Shown piece by piece: positions 35,536 to 49,625 of a stretch of DNA of 64,000 nucleotides. The stretch covers positions 68,448,001 to 68,512,000 of the forward strand of contig OX597822.1 of NCBI GenBank assembly GCA_951406725.2, read 5' to 3'. Both the position numbers and the translations under genes were made by a program. This DNA is from Octopus vulgaris (lineage: Eukaryota). Positions within the stretch are counted from its first letter, which is position 1; every line of letters starts with the position of its first letter. The notes beneath the pieces are model-generated. The model worked only from the letters and a program-made list of their open reading frames with translations. It was not told where the DNA came from and searched no databases.

Positions 35536-35745
35536 CAGTCATTCCATTCACTAGTCAATACATATGTTAACAAGTCACCGGAGTCAGTTACTAGATAAAT
35601 AAATAGGTGATAGTTAGTCACTAATGTCAATGACCAAGAACAGTCATTCCATTCACTAGTCAATACATATGTTAACAAGTCACCGGAGTCAGTTACTAGA
35701 TAAATAAATAGGTGATAGTTAGTCACTAATGTCAATGACCAAGAA
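35536..35745. repeat. Perfect tandem duplication, 2 x 105 bp
   Basis: 35536-35640 is identical to 35641-35745. Confidence 0.92.
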
Positions 35746-36150
35746 CACTCGAGGTGAAAATGTGGACAACCCAATACAGACATAGATAAAATCTATGGTA
35801 GAGGCGTTTGTCAATTTTCTCTTGATAAAGGGAGCTGGTATTATAGTAATATCTCTATGTGCCTATTTACTGGTTGCATACCCAAGACTTTTTGCACATT
35901 CTATCTGCAAATTATAAACATTATGATCTCCTAATATAATAATGAGCATAGTGTTTTTATATATTTGTATATATAAATATATATTTGCCCAGAATCACGC
36001 TGGACGTGGAGGAGGTGAGAAAATAGTAGTATAAAATGAAGTGTTTTACTCAAGAAGAACACACTGCCCAATCCAAGAATCAAAACTATGAGCTTACAAT
36101 CATGGGTGCAACACCCTAACCACCAGGGCATGTGTTTTCACAGTGTAGCT

Positions 36151-36656
36151 CAGTGGTTGTATACTAGGGTCCATATGACCCTTAGAGGCAGGGCTGTGGA
36201 GTCGAAACAAAAAAACTTTGACTCCGACTCCTATACTATTGGCACCTCTGACTCTGACTCCTCTTTATGTAATTAAGAGATTGTGGTCTACATACCTCAT
36301 AAAACATATATACATGCTTCTACTCTGAGTAGGCCTATATGTTATAACTGATTTATATTAAAGAATTAAGATATTGTGAGTCAGAATTGTTTCCGACTCC
36401 GACTCCATGGCTCTGACTCCACAACCCTGCTTGGAGGTCCAAATAAGATTTTGCTGTTAAAGTTTATCTGCAATAAATAGTTTATACTTCTACAGTACAC
36501 AAAATATCTTAACAATTTTTTTAAAAAACAATCCTTAACAATATTTTATTATAAAAATATAATTTTTAAAACCATTGAATGGCCATGAGGGTCCATCCAA
36601 GTAAAAGAGGAATCAAAGGGGCCCATAGGTGGAAAAAATTGGTTTGAGAATCACTG
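36151..36656. mobile_element. hAT/Charlie-like MITE (host)
   Basis: Ends are cagtggtt... and ...ttgagaatcactg. The body aligns with 32891-33700 once the inserts are removed. Confidence 0.7.
36189..36429. mobile_element. hAT-type MITE with 8-bp TSD, nested in a Charlie-like MITE
   Basis: TIRs are cagggctgtggagtc and gactccacaaccctg, with internal gactcc subrepeats. The flanks are CTTAGAGG and CTTGGAGG. Confidence 0.8.
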
Positions 36657-37402
36657 GTGTAGAGCTTAAAATATATGTTTTGTTTTTGGATTTGGTTTGC
36701 AAGATTCTTTATGTGAATTTGTGTATTGAAAAGGTTGCAAGACGCAATGAAAATTTTAGGAAAATAAAAATAAGAAACAAGTGGTAATTTTACCAGTGAG
36801 TGTGTTAAATTATAAGGCACAAAAAGAAAATAACTCTCCCCAGACACAGCAGATTAAAACATGTGGTAAAACAGGATATGAGAAATGGATAAGGAAATGC
36901 TTCCCATTGTTGAAATCAATACAAAGCCAACTCAAAGAAAACACAGAACGATATGAAGAGACAAAACGGAATTCTAAAAGTAGCAAGTGGAGAATCGTAT
37001 AAAGTTATCCAACAGGTCAAACATGTAAGAAGAGTTTTGTTTTTGGGGTTTGTTTTTTTTTTTTTTTTTTTTTTTGGCAAATGGACAATGCTTATGCCTT
37101 GGCTGGTTTGATTAGTTGATGGGTGTGTTGGAAATGGAAAAGATAATCATGATGAGTATAAATTAATGTACTTGTTAAAGGATTGTCTATGGCATGGCCG
37201 TGTGGTAAAAACTACAATAATCATCAGTCTGATGTCATCGCAGGTGTTTATGTAACAGGATTTAGTTTATTTCAGCAATGATGAAAGAACAGAGAATAGT
37301 TTTGTCACTATGGGTGATACACTGGGGGAGAAAAAAACAGATGACTGTCTTTTCATGTGAATACCTTACATTTAGTAATAACATGAAGATCAAAAATTGC
37401 AC

Positions 37403-37837
37403 CTTGGGAAAAAAATAACCACAGATCTATGATTAACCTTAACTGGGAAAAAAATAACCACAGATCTAATATTAACCTTAACTGGGAAAAAAATAACCAC
37501 AGATCTAATATTAACCCTAACTGGGGAAAAAAATAACCACAAATCTAATATTAACCTTAACTGGGAAAAAAATAACCACAGATCTAATATTAACCCTAAC
37601 TGGGGAAAAAAATAACCACAGATCTAATATTAACCTTAACTGGGAAAAAAATAACCACAGATCTAATATTAACCTTAACTGGGAAAAAAATAACCACAGA
37701 TCTAATATTAACCTTAACTGGGAAAAAAATAACCACAAATCTAATATTAACCATAACTGGGAAAAAAATAACCACAGATCTAATATTAACCCTAACTGGG
37801 AAAAAAATAACCACAGATCTAATATTAACCCTAACCC
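37403..37837. repeat. Minisatellite, 11 x 39-40 bp (aactgggaaaaaaataaccacagatctaatattaacc(t/c)t)
   Basis: Units counted directly; very homogeneous. Confidence 0.95.
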
Positions 37838-37990
37838 TTTACCTGCATAATTAAATCTCATGGTCATTTCCATAATGATGTTAATTATCCACCAAAAACA
37901 TAAAAATTTATATTTTCTTATCTTGCAATATTTTTTTCACCATCTCCTGTAGGTATGGTTCTTATGACCACAACTAAAAGTATTTAATTA

Positions 37991-38558
37991 CTGTAAAAAC
38001 CCATGTAACTTGCCAGGTTAAAATTTGTTAAAAAAAGCCTACTCATGTAAAATACTCACCCAAAAGTTTCCAGAATTGCCGATGTGACCAGGGAAAAGGT
38101 TTCCAGTATCGTTGAATTTAGCATAATTTCATTTAGTTATGATTAGATTTTATTAAACTTTCATTAAATAAAAATAATTTCTGTTTAACAGGTATCATAG
38201 TAAAAGCTATTAAATTACAAAGTGTTTGTGTTGTTTATAATAATATGGCCTGGACCATGATTACCAGCATAAAGTAGTTAACCATTTAATGGTTTCAGGA
38301 AAAAAAAAAAAAAGTAAGCATTATACCATCCAATTTAATTAAAAGTCAACTTCATTATATTTAAGTCCTTAATTTTTCTGTAAAAACCTATTCTGACATT
38401 AAATGAGTCAACTTCTGGTTCAAATGTTTACATCTCTTTTCAACAAAAAGAATTTCCAAAAAAATTCTGGAAACGATCGACTCATGTAAATTATGTACCC
38501 TAAAGTTTATTTTTAATTTTGCGAAAAAAGAATGCGCAAATTACATGGGTTTTTACGG
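37991..38558. mobile_element. Tc1/pogo-type MITE with ~24-bp TIRs and TA target duplication
   Basis: TA|ctgtaaaaacccatgtaacttgc ... gcaaattacatgggtttttacgg|TA. Confidence 0.8.
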
Positions 38559-38704
38559 TAACTTTTTGCTCCATAAAAAAAAAAAAAAGAAATTGATGAA
38601 ACAATTAAAACAAAAAAAATCTGAAAAATTGTTCTTTGTGAAAACTGTCACTGGGGTTGTCTTTCTTTCTCGCAGCTAAGGAGAGATTTTATTTTGAAAA
38701 CTGT

Positions 38705-38990
38705 TGGGTAAAACTGCTTTCCACCACATGGTTCTGGGTTCAGTCATACTGCGTGCCACCTTGGGCAAGTGTTTACTATAGCCTCGGGCCGACCAAAGCC
38801 TTGTGAGTGGATTTGGTAGATGGAAACTGAAAGAAGCCCATCATATTGTGTGTGTATATGTTTATGTGTCTGTCCCCCTAACATCGCTTGACAACCGATG
38901 GTTGTGTGTTTACGTCCACGTAACACAGAGCTCCAGCATGGCCACAGTCAAATGACTGAAACAAGTAAAAGGGTAAAAAGGGTAAAGGGT
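38705..38990 (+). mobile_element. SINE family A with internal deletion
   Basis: The body jumps from gtaac to gctccagcatgg; the tail is (aaaagggt)n. Confidence 0.8.
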
Positions 38991-39259
38991 GATATATCTG
39001 CTTTCCACAATCAAAAGGTTAAAATTATATTCAAGAAAATAATAAATAAATAAACATTGGCAATTCTAAGTACTGATACTAAAGTCTAACAAGTGCAAAT
39101 GAAGACACGTGTGTGTGTGTGTACACACACACACACACACACAATTAAACTGAAGACTGGAATTTATGGTGGTACATTTAAAATGTAATGCTGCAAATTT
39201 TATGCTCCAGCTTGATGCATTACACTGTATCTCATTTATTAGTCCTGCAATTTCAATTT

Positions 39260-39289
39260 GTAAACACACCAGCACTAGTTGTCAAGCGG

Positions 39290-39322
<33 letters not shown>

Positions 39323-39730
39323 TGATGAGCTTCTTTCAGTTTCCATCTACCAAATCCATTCACAAGGCTTTGGTAATAGAAGACACTTGCCCAAAGTGCC
39401 ACACAGTGGGACTGAACCTGGAACCATGTTGTTAGGACACAACTTTCTTACCACACTGCCATACTTGCGCCAATATAATCCCTTGACTACTATAGCCTCG
39501 GATCGACCAAAGCCTTGTGAGTGGATTTGGTAGACGGAAACTGAAAGAAGCCCGTCGTATATATATGTATATGTTTGTGTCTGTGTTTGTCCCCGTAACT
39601 TAGCAGTTCAGCAAGAGAGACCAATAGAATAAGTACTAGGCTTACAAAGAATAAGTCCTGGGGGTCAATTTGCTCGACTAAAGGCGGTGCTCCAGCATGG
39701 CCGCAGTCAAATGACTGAAACAAATAAAAG
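39260..39730. mobile_element. Two divergent partial SINE A copies (- 39260-39470; + 39485-39730)
   Basis: Family matches in opposite orientations ~15 bp apart. Confidence 0.8.
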
Positions 39731-40792
39731 AATATATTGAGTACTTCCTTGAATAATAATCTTTACCAACTCCATAACCATGAGTGTTGTGTTGCATTGC
39801 ATTGTGGCCTACATGTGTGCACAAGTGTCTAGGAGACAACATAAGAATGGTTAGTGACCGTTTAGCAGTTCTACAGGAAGCAATCTCTCTTATGGATAAA
39901 ACACATTCACTCATTCTACTTGTCTCTGTTATAGATGACAAATTTTTTATTCAGTCATAGGGTTACATAGAATTATATAATCCTGTAAGACCTTTGTAAA
40001 GACTGTAGGGTGTGGTTTGGGTACTGAAGTCACTCCATGGGTACTATTTTTAGCAGCATGAGTAACTATATAGACATTCCTTCATTGGCTTGTTTTTGTA
40101 TCCAGTTGTCAGGCTGTGACAAGATAAGATTACAGGTGCAGGTATGGCTGTGTGGCTAAGAACTTCACTTTCAAACCATGTGGTCTCAGGTCCAGTCTCA
40201 CTGTACACCACCAAAATATATAAGTGTCTTCTACTACAGCCCCAGGCTGACCGATGCCTTGTGAGTGAATTTGGTAGGCAGAAACTATGTGTAGGCCTGT
40301 GCCATGTGCACGTGCATCTGTGTGAACTCTGAGTCAGCTAAAATATGTTTGTGCCATATTTTAACTTCTCAAGGCAATTTCACTGCAGTTACCATGGAGA
40401 AAAAAACCCAAAAAAACCCACCCATGTTTGCCCAGTGTTTACCTTGAGCAGAAGGGTGGAACACTGGGCTGATAATGGTGTTTTTACACCTTTTACCATA
40501 ACAGAGAAATTTTTTCTCCTTGGTAACTGCTGTGTGTTTACCTTTAGAGGTTTAAACGTGTCACAAACACATTTTAGCAAACCTAAAATTTCTTTATTCC
40601 TAATCATTGCTTTGTGCTGATACTATTATACATACATGAATATCTATACACACACACATATATGTATATACACACACACATATACATGCACAAACACATG
40701 CATATACATGCACACATATATACATGCACATACACACACACATATATACATGCACATATATGCACACATATATTCATGCACACACATATATA

Positions 40793-40843
<51 letters not shown>

Positions 40844-41399
40844 TACATTATATATATGTAAATAGAGTGATTGATTGATTGATTGATTGATCAATTGATC
40901 AATAAATAGATCAACCAATAGATTGATATATATAATATTATTATATATATATATATATGTAAATATTAATGAGTTTGTATGTGTGTATCTGTGCTTTTGT
41001 GTTTTTCTTCCTCTCTCCACACTGCTTGACGACCAGTGTTGGTTTGTATACATCCCGTAACTTAGCAATTCTGAAAAAAAAGAGACTGACAGAAAAAGTA
41101 CCAGACTTCAGAAGAAGGTATAAAACAAAAATAATAAAAAAAAAAACTCCCCGAATACTAGGGTCAATTTGTTCGACTAAACCCTTCATGGCAGTGTGCC
41201 CCAGAATGGCCACATTCCAATGACTGAAGCGAAGCTCATAAGAGATAAAAGAAAAAAATACAATAGAGAGAGAACTTTCTGTTTTTCCATTCCAAACCCC
41301 TCCTCCTTCCCCCTCTCTCCCTCTTTCTCTCTCCCTCTTTATCTATCTGCCTATATTTATCTCTATCAATTTGCTGTATACATTATTTAATGAGCTAAA

Positions 41400-41600
41400 A
41401 ATATAGTGACAGCTGCATAACCATATTCTCAGCTTCCCTTGGTTTCAGCCGATTGGTGTTGCTGCTTGACAATACAAGAAATCTCTGTTTGTTGTCTAGG
41501 AACATCTCTCTCTAGCGCTGTACTGTGTAACTCTTATCCTTTTAAACTGTCTCTGGACGGCGGCGGTGGTGTTGGTGTCGGTGTCAGGGAATGGGGTAAG
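41400..41600. promoter_or_regulatory. Candidate promoter/enhancer (CCAAT box + RFX X-box-like site)
   Basis: Repeat-free block with agccgATTGG (~41451) and GTTGTCTAGGAAC (41491-41503), followed by ggcggcggtgg and a long purine-rich tract. Confidence 0.3.
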
Positions 41601-42391
41601 TGAAAAAGAAGAAGAAGGAGAAGGAGATGAAGAAGGAAGGTGAGGTATGAGGCAAGGACAGAAGGAAGAAGGCGGAGTTGTTATGATTTAATAATTTGAC
41701 TAATTAAAACCTTCCACACCAGCAAACAAACACATGCACCACACACACACACAATCACACACACACACGAAAACACAAACATACACGCAGTGCAGTATGT
41801 TGTTGTTCAAAATATTACTTATGCTAACACCCAACTACCTACATGTACACACTTGTTGAAGAGAGAGAGAGTGAGAGAGAGAGGGAGGGAGGAGAAGATG
41901 AAGAGCTGAGATCGGAGAAAAGAAGGACAAAGAGCTTAAAGAAGAGAAAAAAAAAGAACTGAAGGTGTAGGATATAACTTTAATAACAAACTATACAACA
42001 AGCAGGAAAAAGAGATACAAGAAAGAAAAAAAAAACCCAATAAAAAGCTCATTCTGTGACATACCAAAGGCAGTGGGAGGAGGAATTGAGTAAGGTATGG
42101 TAATGTAGGAAGATGATGATGATGATGAAGCTGATGATGATGATGATGATGATGGCTATAGCAACAGTATGGTTGCTTGCTTCATTGCCGTTTGTTATTT
42201 CGGACTATAATATTTCTAAATGAACCAAGCTTAATTCGCCATCTCAGGTCTTCCAAAATGTTCAAAGATAATGGAAATAACTGAGGTAGCCAACAACCAA
42301 GGTAGCCAGAAAGGCAGATTAGATTGGGCAAGGCTAGCTTTCTCTGCATTCAGCCATTCGCCTCTCTCCCTCTCTTTCTTTCTGTGAATAT

Positions 42392-42680
42392 ATCATCATC
42401 ATCATCATCATCGTTTAGTGTCCGCTTTCCATGCTAGCATGGGTTGGACGGTTCAACTGGGGTCTGGGAAGCCAGAAGGCTGCACCAGTCTGATCTGGCA
42501 ATGTTTCTACAGCTGGATGCCTTTCCTAATGCCAACCACTCCGTGAGTGCAGTGGGTGCTTTTTACGTGCCACCGACACAGGTGCCAGATGAGGCTGGCA
42601 AACGGCCATGATCGGATGGTGCTTTTTACATGCTACCGGCACGGAGGCCAGGCGAGGCTGGCAACGGCCATGGTCGGATG
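42392..42680 (-). mobile_element. 5'-truncated RTE-like 3' UTR fragment
   Basis: Reverse complement of 24200-24497. Confidence 0.75.
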
Positions 42681-42690
42681 TGAATATATC

Positions 42691-42732
<42 letters not shown>

Positions 42733-42739
42733 CAGAGGG

Positions 42740-43046
42740 TTGCAGGTGTGGCTCTTCGGTTGAGAAACTTGCTTCCTAGTTATATAGCTTTGGGTTCAGT
42801 CCCACTGAATGGCACTTTGTACTAAAGCCCTGTGGACCCAAAGCCTTCTGTGTGGATTTTGCACACAAAATTTGAAAGAAGTACACTGTGTGCGTATATA
42901 TATATATATATACATATACATATAATATATATATATATAGTGTGTATGTGTGTGTGTGTGTGACTCATTACTTGACTACTGGTATTGGATTGTTTACATC
43001 TCCAAAACTTAGCAGTTCAGCAGAGGGGTCCAATATAAGAACCAGG

Positions 43047-43077
<31 letters not shown>

Positions 43078-43180
43078 TTTAGTACTAGCATTGGCATCGG
43101 TTTGTTCAACCAAACAGTATCAGGACAGCAGTGCTCCAGTATGGCTAAAGTCCAAGCACCGAAACTAGTAAAAGATTAAA
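42740..43180 (+). mobile_element. SINE family A, diverged
   Basis: Box B gggttcagtcccact, microsatellite and gtgctccagtatggc tail. Confidence 0.7.
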
Positions 43181-43210
43181 CATGATATAGGCCATTTGTC
43201 GTCGTCGTCG

Positions 43211-43211
<1 letters not shown>

Positions 43212-43300
<89 letters not shown>
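43212..43300. repeat. (ATT)n microsatellite
   Basis: Direct reading. Confidence 0.95.
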
Positions 43301-43301
<1 letters not shown>

Positions 43302-43384
43302 GGTGGTGAGCTGACAGAATTGTTAGCACGCTGGGTGAAATGCTTTGCGGAATTTCACCTCATTGCTATGTTCTGATTTTTTTT

Positions 43385-44100
<716 letters not shown>

Positions 44101-44835
44101 TGAGTTCAAATTCCACCAAGGTCGACTTTGCCTTTCCTCCTTTTGGTGTTGATAAAGTACCAGTGAAACACTTCAGTCAATGTAATCGACTAGTCCCCCT
44201 CCCCCAAATTTCAGGCCTTGTGCCTATTGCCAAAAGGATTATTATTATTATTATTATTATTATTATTTTATTTCAAAGATTTAACAGACACAACGAAACA
44301 CCACCAGCCCACTGCCAAAGCAGATGGCATCTGGTGTATCATATACAATATGATAAAACAAGCAATAGAAACACTGGAGGAGGTGGTGGTGGTGGTGGCA
44401 TTGGCTAAGCCTTTCAATGGGGGCTTATATTTTTTTTAATATTTTTTTTCATTAAATCTTTGAAGAGTGACATGATGGAACACAGAAGAAAGGCTCCTGG
44501 CTGTGGATGTGAGATAGGGGTGGGCGGTGAAATGATATTATTCCTACAAATAAGGTCAGCCTGGGAGCAGGACTAAAGTAAAAAAAAAAAAAAAAAAAAA
44601 ATTAAATAAAGACAAGACAAAGCTGCTCAATCAGATATATTGCAGCAGGCAGGAAGATCAAGACCAGAAATTTTAAAAGGTACAAATTGAAGGGTTATAT
44701 AGCAAAGCCTTGTAAATTTACTAAGATATATATATATATATATATATATATAACACACATACATATTTACACATGTATACTTACATGCATATATGTGTGT
44801 CTGTGTGTGTGTGTGTGTGTGTATGTATATATTTA

Positions 44836-45120
44836 GGCGCAGGCATGGCTGTGTGGAAAGAAGCTTGCTTCCCAACTACATGGTTTCGGGTTCAGTACCA
44901 CTGCATGGCATCTCATGGAGGTGTCTTCTACTATAGCCTTGGGCGAACCTAATTCACCAGTGCTGGTGTGTTTACATTCCCAGAACTTAGTGGTTTAGCA
45001 AAAGACACTGATAGAATAAGTAGTAGGCTTGAAAAAATAAATTCTGAAGTCAATTTTTTTGAGTAAAACTCTTTGAGGCAGTGCTCCAGCAAGGCCACAG
45101 TCAGATGACTGAAACAATAT
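44836..45120 (+). mobile_element. SINE family A with internal deletion
   Basis: Head and tail present; the microsatellite region is missing. Confidence 0.75.
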
Positions 45121-46337
45121 AGGCAAAGTCGACCTCGGCGGAATTTGAACTCAGAACGTAATGGCAGATGAAATACCGCTAAGCAATTCGCCTGTTTCTG
45201 TCTCACTAAAGTCTTTCATCATCCAACACAAGATCACTTCCTCCAATACCCCAACCCCTCTCAAAGGATCATTGTCTTGTAAGTTATTTGATGGCCCTGT
45301 CGGTGTTGGTACCAGTGGTTGACATTTGGAAGGGTATCCAGCTGTAAAAAACCATATCAAAACTGACCTTGCCTGTGCTTGAGCCCATTAAAAGCACAGT
45401 CCACTCTGCCGAGTGGTTGGTGTTAGGAAGAGTATCTAGCTATAAAAACCCTGCCAAAACAGACAGAGAAGCCTGGTGCAGGCTCCTGCCTGGCCAGCTC
45501 CTGTCAAACCATCCAACCCATGCCAGCATAGAAGGCAGATGTTAAACGGTGATGATGATGACATGCTGTTGAAATGGGACTGTCTCATATATCTATCCAT
45601 GCATCTTTTATGCCATCCACATATGGTATTCTACCATTTCTACCAAGACATCCAGCCAATCACTCCATTATAAGTTGGATGGAACCCAATGGTAAATACA
45701 AGTTGTTGTTTTTGTTGCTGTAGTTTGTTTGTATTTTTTCTTGCAATCAACTTTTGGTAAATTATGTAAATTTTAAGGTGGTGAGCTGGCAGAAATACTT
45801 AGCGGTATTTCGTCTGTCTTTATGTTTTGAGTTCAAATTCTGTCAAGGTCAACTTTGCCTTTCATCCTGTCAGGGTCGACAAATTAAGTACCAGTTGCAT
45901 ACTGGGGTCGATCTAATCAACTGGCCCCCTCCCCCAAAATTCTGGGGCCTCGTGCCTAGAATAGAAAAGAATATTTTGTCAATTTTTAGACCAGCAGGTG
46001 AACTGATTGGTAGAACTGATAAAGTGGTGTTTAGCATCCTTGTACTATTTTGCCAAGTACCTCTAGGATCTGAGTTCAAATATCACCAAGGTCAATTCCT
46101 TTTTTTTTTTTTAAATCTTTTTGGTGCTGATAAATCATGTATCAGTAATACACTTGGGCTGATTATAATCCTAGGAAATTCCTGGTCTTCTATTTTTGTT
46201 AGGGATCAATACTTTGTAAATTTTAGATAAACTGATGAAAACGAAAATTTTTTTAGTGCTTGTGGACACATGTGTGTGCATGCGAGTGTGATGGAAATAT
46301 ATGTTTGATGTGCTTGCTATCTGTGAATGACTCAAGA

Positions 46338-46555
46338 AAATTGTTCGAAAACAATTATTTGAAAAACAGTTATTCAAAATAAATATCATTTGTGTACTTG
46401 ATTTTTAATTTTATCATTTTTGTTTAAATAAAATAAAAAATTTTAGAATAATTAACATCTTGTATAATTGTCCTTTTGAATAATTTTTCTTCATACACTT
46501 CTCCATTCGAATGTTTTTTGAAGAATTGTTTTCAAACAATTGTTTTCGAACAATG
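46338..46555. mobile_element. Fold-back MITE with ~40-bp TIRs built of ttcgaa/aacaatt subrepeats
   Basis: attgttcgaaaacaattatttgaaaaacagttattcaaaa pairs with ttttgaagaattgttttcaaacaattgttttcgaacaat. Confidence 0.6.
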
Positions 46556-46719
46556 TTCACATAATCTCTGTGAATCTTCTCAATCTTGTGTTCTTGTTCT
46601 AAGTTGTCTTTCATTCCTGTAGGGTTGACCCAGTTAAGGGGTTCTTTTGTTTTTTTTTTTGTTGTTTGTATTATAACATACATTGATACTGTTTGATTGT
46701 CCTTCATTGGGATTCTAAC

Positions 46720-46860
46720 TGTGGCCTAGTGGTTAGGGTGTTACACTCACGACTGCTAGACTGTGGGTTCAATTCCAAGACTGAGCAGCACATTGAGTTC
46801 TTGGGGAAAACACCTCAGTTCGTGTTGCTCAGTCCACTCAGCTGTAAATGGGTTAACCTT
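46720..46860 (+). mobile_element. tRNA-head SINE with Meta-like domain
   Basis: Reads gtggcctagtggttaggg..gggttcaattcc then ttgctcagtccactcagctgtaaatggg. A related head lies on the minus strand at ~36030-36131. The domain assignment is from memory. Confidence 0.55.
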
Positions 46861-47699
46861 CCAATCAGAAGGAATGTTAGCCTGCTAACCTATCCAGGAG
46901 GATGACATCATTTAACATCTAAAACAATACAAAATGTACTGTGACCAGCGATGTATAACAGTATCTAATAATTTGATTATTCACATGAATATTTATTTAA
47001 AGGGTTTCTAGTTTAAGAAGAAGGAGTTTCAATAAATTTTTTCAGCTCTCCTATTCAGGGGACACAGGTGTTGCTAAGGGTGGGGTGTGAAAGAGGGTGG
47101 CAATGAGGTTTAAGACATTAATACACAATAGGAAGAGGTGGAGGGTAAGTGAATGGTTGGGGAATGAAGTGAGTTCTAGAAGGTATGTAGTTTGGGGGAA
47201 GAAGGATTAACAAAACTAAGTAGCATGGGGGTGGGGGTTACAACTGAGGTGGATGCAACAAGTGGGTTTAGATGGTTTCCTTGTATAGGGGAGGTTCAGT
47301 CAGAGCACAAGAATGATAGAGGGGGGAGAGAGGAAAAGGAGGAAAAAGCAAAGGGAGGGGAGTGAGAATAAAATAGTCAGAAGGGAGGAGGTGAAATGAG
47401 AGAGAGAGAAATCACAATTTGTTAATGAACCAGATGTTAGACAAAGTACCATTAAATGTTTTAATGTCTGATGATGGCAAGAGGCCAGGAATGTGGAGTT
47501 ATCAGGCTAATTAATTCAGTGTTCTTAGCCCAGTTTGCCCACAGTGATAAAAAAACCTCTCCAGAGTTTTCACTTTGTCCAGTAATATACACAAGAGGGA
47601 ATTCAACTGACAATATTCTCTTTCTCTCTCCTCTACAAATATTGGTCTTAGACTTCATCTAAAGATGTCCCAAACCTTTCAAGCATTTCTGCTTCCTTA

Positions 47700-48095
47700 C
47701 TTTTTTACTTGTTTCAGTCATTTGACTGTGGCCATGCTGGAGCACCACCTTTTTTTTTTTTTAGTCGAGCAAATCGACCCCAGGACTTATTCTTTGTAAG
47801 CCTAGCACTTATTCTATCGGTCTCTTTTGCCGAACCGCTAAGTTACGGGAACGTAACACACCAGCATCGGTTGTCAAGCGATGTTGGGAGGACAAATACG
47901 GACACACAAACATATACACACACATATATATGACGGGCTTCTTTCAGTTTCTGTCTACCAAATCCACTCACAAGGCTTTGGTCAGCCCAAGGCTATAATA
48001 GGAGCAGATACTTGTCTAAGGTGCCATGCAGTGGGACTGAACCCGGAACCATGTGGTTGGTCAGCAGGCTACTTACCACACAACCACTCCTATGC
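47700..48095 (-). mobile_element. SINE family A, full length
   Basis: Reverse-complement family match. Confidence 0.87.
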
Positions 48096-48674
48096 CTTTC
48101 TGTACCAATAATGAATAAAATTGTAATCTGGGGAAAATATTTATTTTATTTTTTTTATTTTCTACTTGTTTTAGTCCGTGGACTGTGCCCATGCTGGGCA
48201 CTGCCTTCAAGAGTTCAGTTGGATAAATTGACCCCGGTGTATTTTTGTTTTCTTTTACTTTTCAAGTTTGGTATTTATTCTCAATCTCTTTTACCAGACT
48301 GCTAAGTCACCACCACCACTAGTAGTAGTTCTTTTATGTTATCAAATTTTGAGATTCATTTGTATCTTTGTCCTGGCAATAACAAATTATTACAAATTCC
48401 TTTTTAAGCCTCCTCCTTCCTTTGATGGCAACTATGATAAAAACAGAATTTCTTTTTAAAAATCCATCTCTAGATTATGAAGATGGTAAGTGCAAATGTG
48501 TGACGTGTCAATAACCGCAATTAACATTTGCAAAAGGATTATCTTCACTAAAACTTAACCTTATTACTGATTAATTTATCAAAGATTCCAACAACTGCCT
48601 AAATTGTTTCTCTAAAACATTCTAAAGCTACCTCACGTCATTAACAACAACATCATCGTCATCACCATCATCAT

Positions 48675-49226
48675 TATGGCAGTGAGCTGACGGAATCATT
48701 AGCAGATTGGACAAAATGCCAAGTGTTATTTCTTTGGATTCTTTGTGTTGAGTTCAAATGACGCTGAGGTAAACTCTGCCTTTCATCCTTTGGGAGTTGA
48801 CCAAATAAAGTATTAGGGTCAATGTAATCAACTTGCCCCTCCCCTAAAACTTACAGGCCTTGTGCCAAAATTATTATTATTAAGGTGCGAGCTGGCAGAA
48901 TCGCTAGCATGCTGGGTGAAATGCTTCGACTTTGCCTTTCATCCTTTCGGGGTCGATAAATTAAGTACCAGTTACGCACTGGGGTCGATGTAATCGACTT
49001 AATACCTATGTCTGTCCTTGTTTGTCCCCTCTGTGTTTAGCCCCTTGTGGGTAATAAAGAAATAGGTATTTTGTCTGTCGCTACGTTCAAATTCCACTGA
49101 AGTCAACTTTGTCTTTCATCCTTTCAGGGTCGATAAATTAAGTACCAGTTGAGTACTGGGGGTTGAAGTAATCGACTATCCCCCTCCCCCAAATTTCAGG
49201 CCTTGTGCCTATAGTAGGAAGGATTA

Positions 49227-49257
<31 letters not shown>

Positions 49258-49510
49258 AGGCAGAATGCTTAGTGACATTTCATCCATCTTAATGTTTTGA
49301 GTTCAAATCCCGTCGAAGTCGATACCAGTTGAGTACTGGGGTCGATACCCCAGTATTTTAAGGTGGCGAACTAGCAGAATTGTTAGTATGCTGGGCAAGA
49401 TGCTTAGCAACATTTTGCTTGTCATTACATTCTGAGTTCAAATTCAGTTGAGATCAACTTTATCTTTCATACTTTTGGGGTCAATGAAATAAGTACGGGT
49501 CGAGTACGGG
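48675..49510 (+). mobile_element. Cluster of ~5 tandem/nested SINE family B copies separated by (ATT)n
   Basis: Repeated gagttcaaat, ctttcatcct and agtaccagtt modules with both tail types. Confidence 0.8.
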
Positions 49511-49625
49511 GGTGGGTGGGAGGGGGGGCAATAAAAATGAGTAGCCCAAGTAAATTTGTTTCAAAAACCAGTTTAATAATAAAGTTATTTTATCAAATTC
49601 ATCATTATTTTCAAAATTAATTTAA

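Noticed and set aside
37517-37873. Repetitive ORF (LILDLWLFFSQ)n
   Set aside because: It is a by-product of the 39-bp minisatellite, and the 40-bp units break the frame.
38054-38059. Minus-strand donor-like GTGAGT
   Set aside because: It lies inside the TA-flanked MITE 37991-38558, with no supportable exon.
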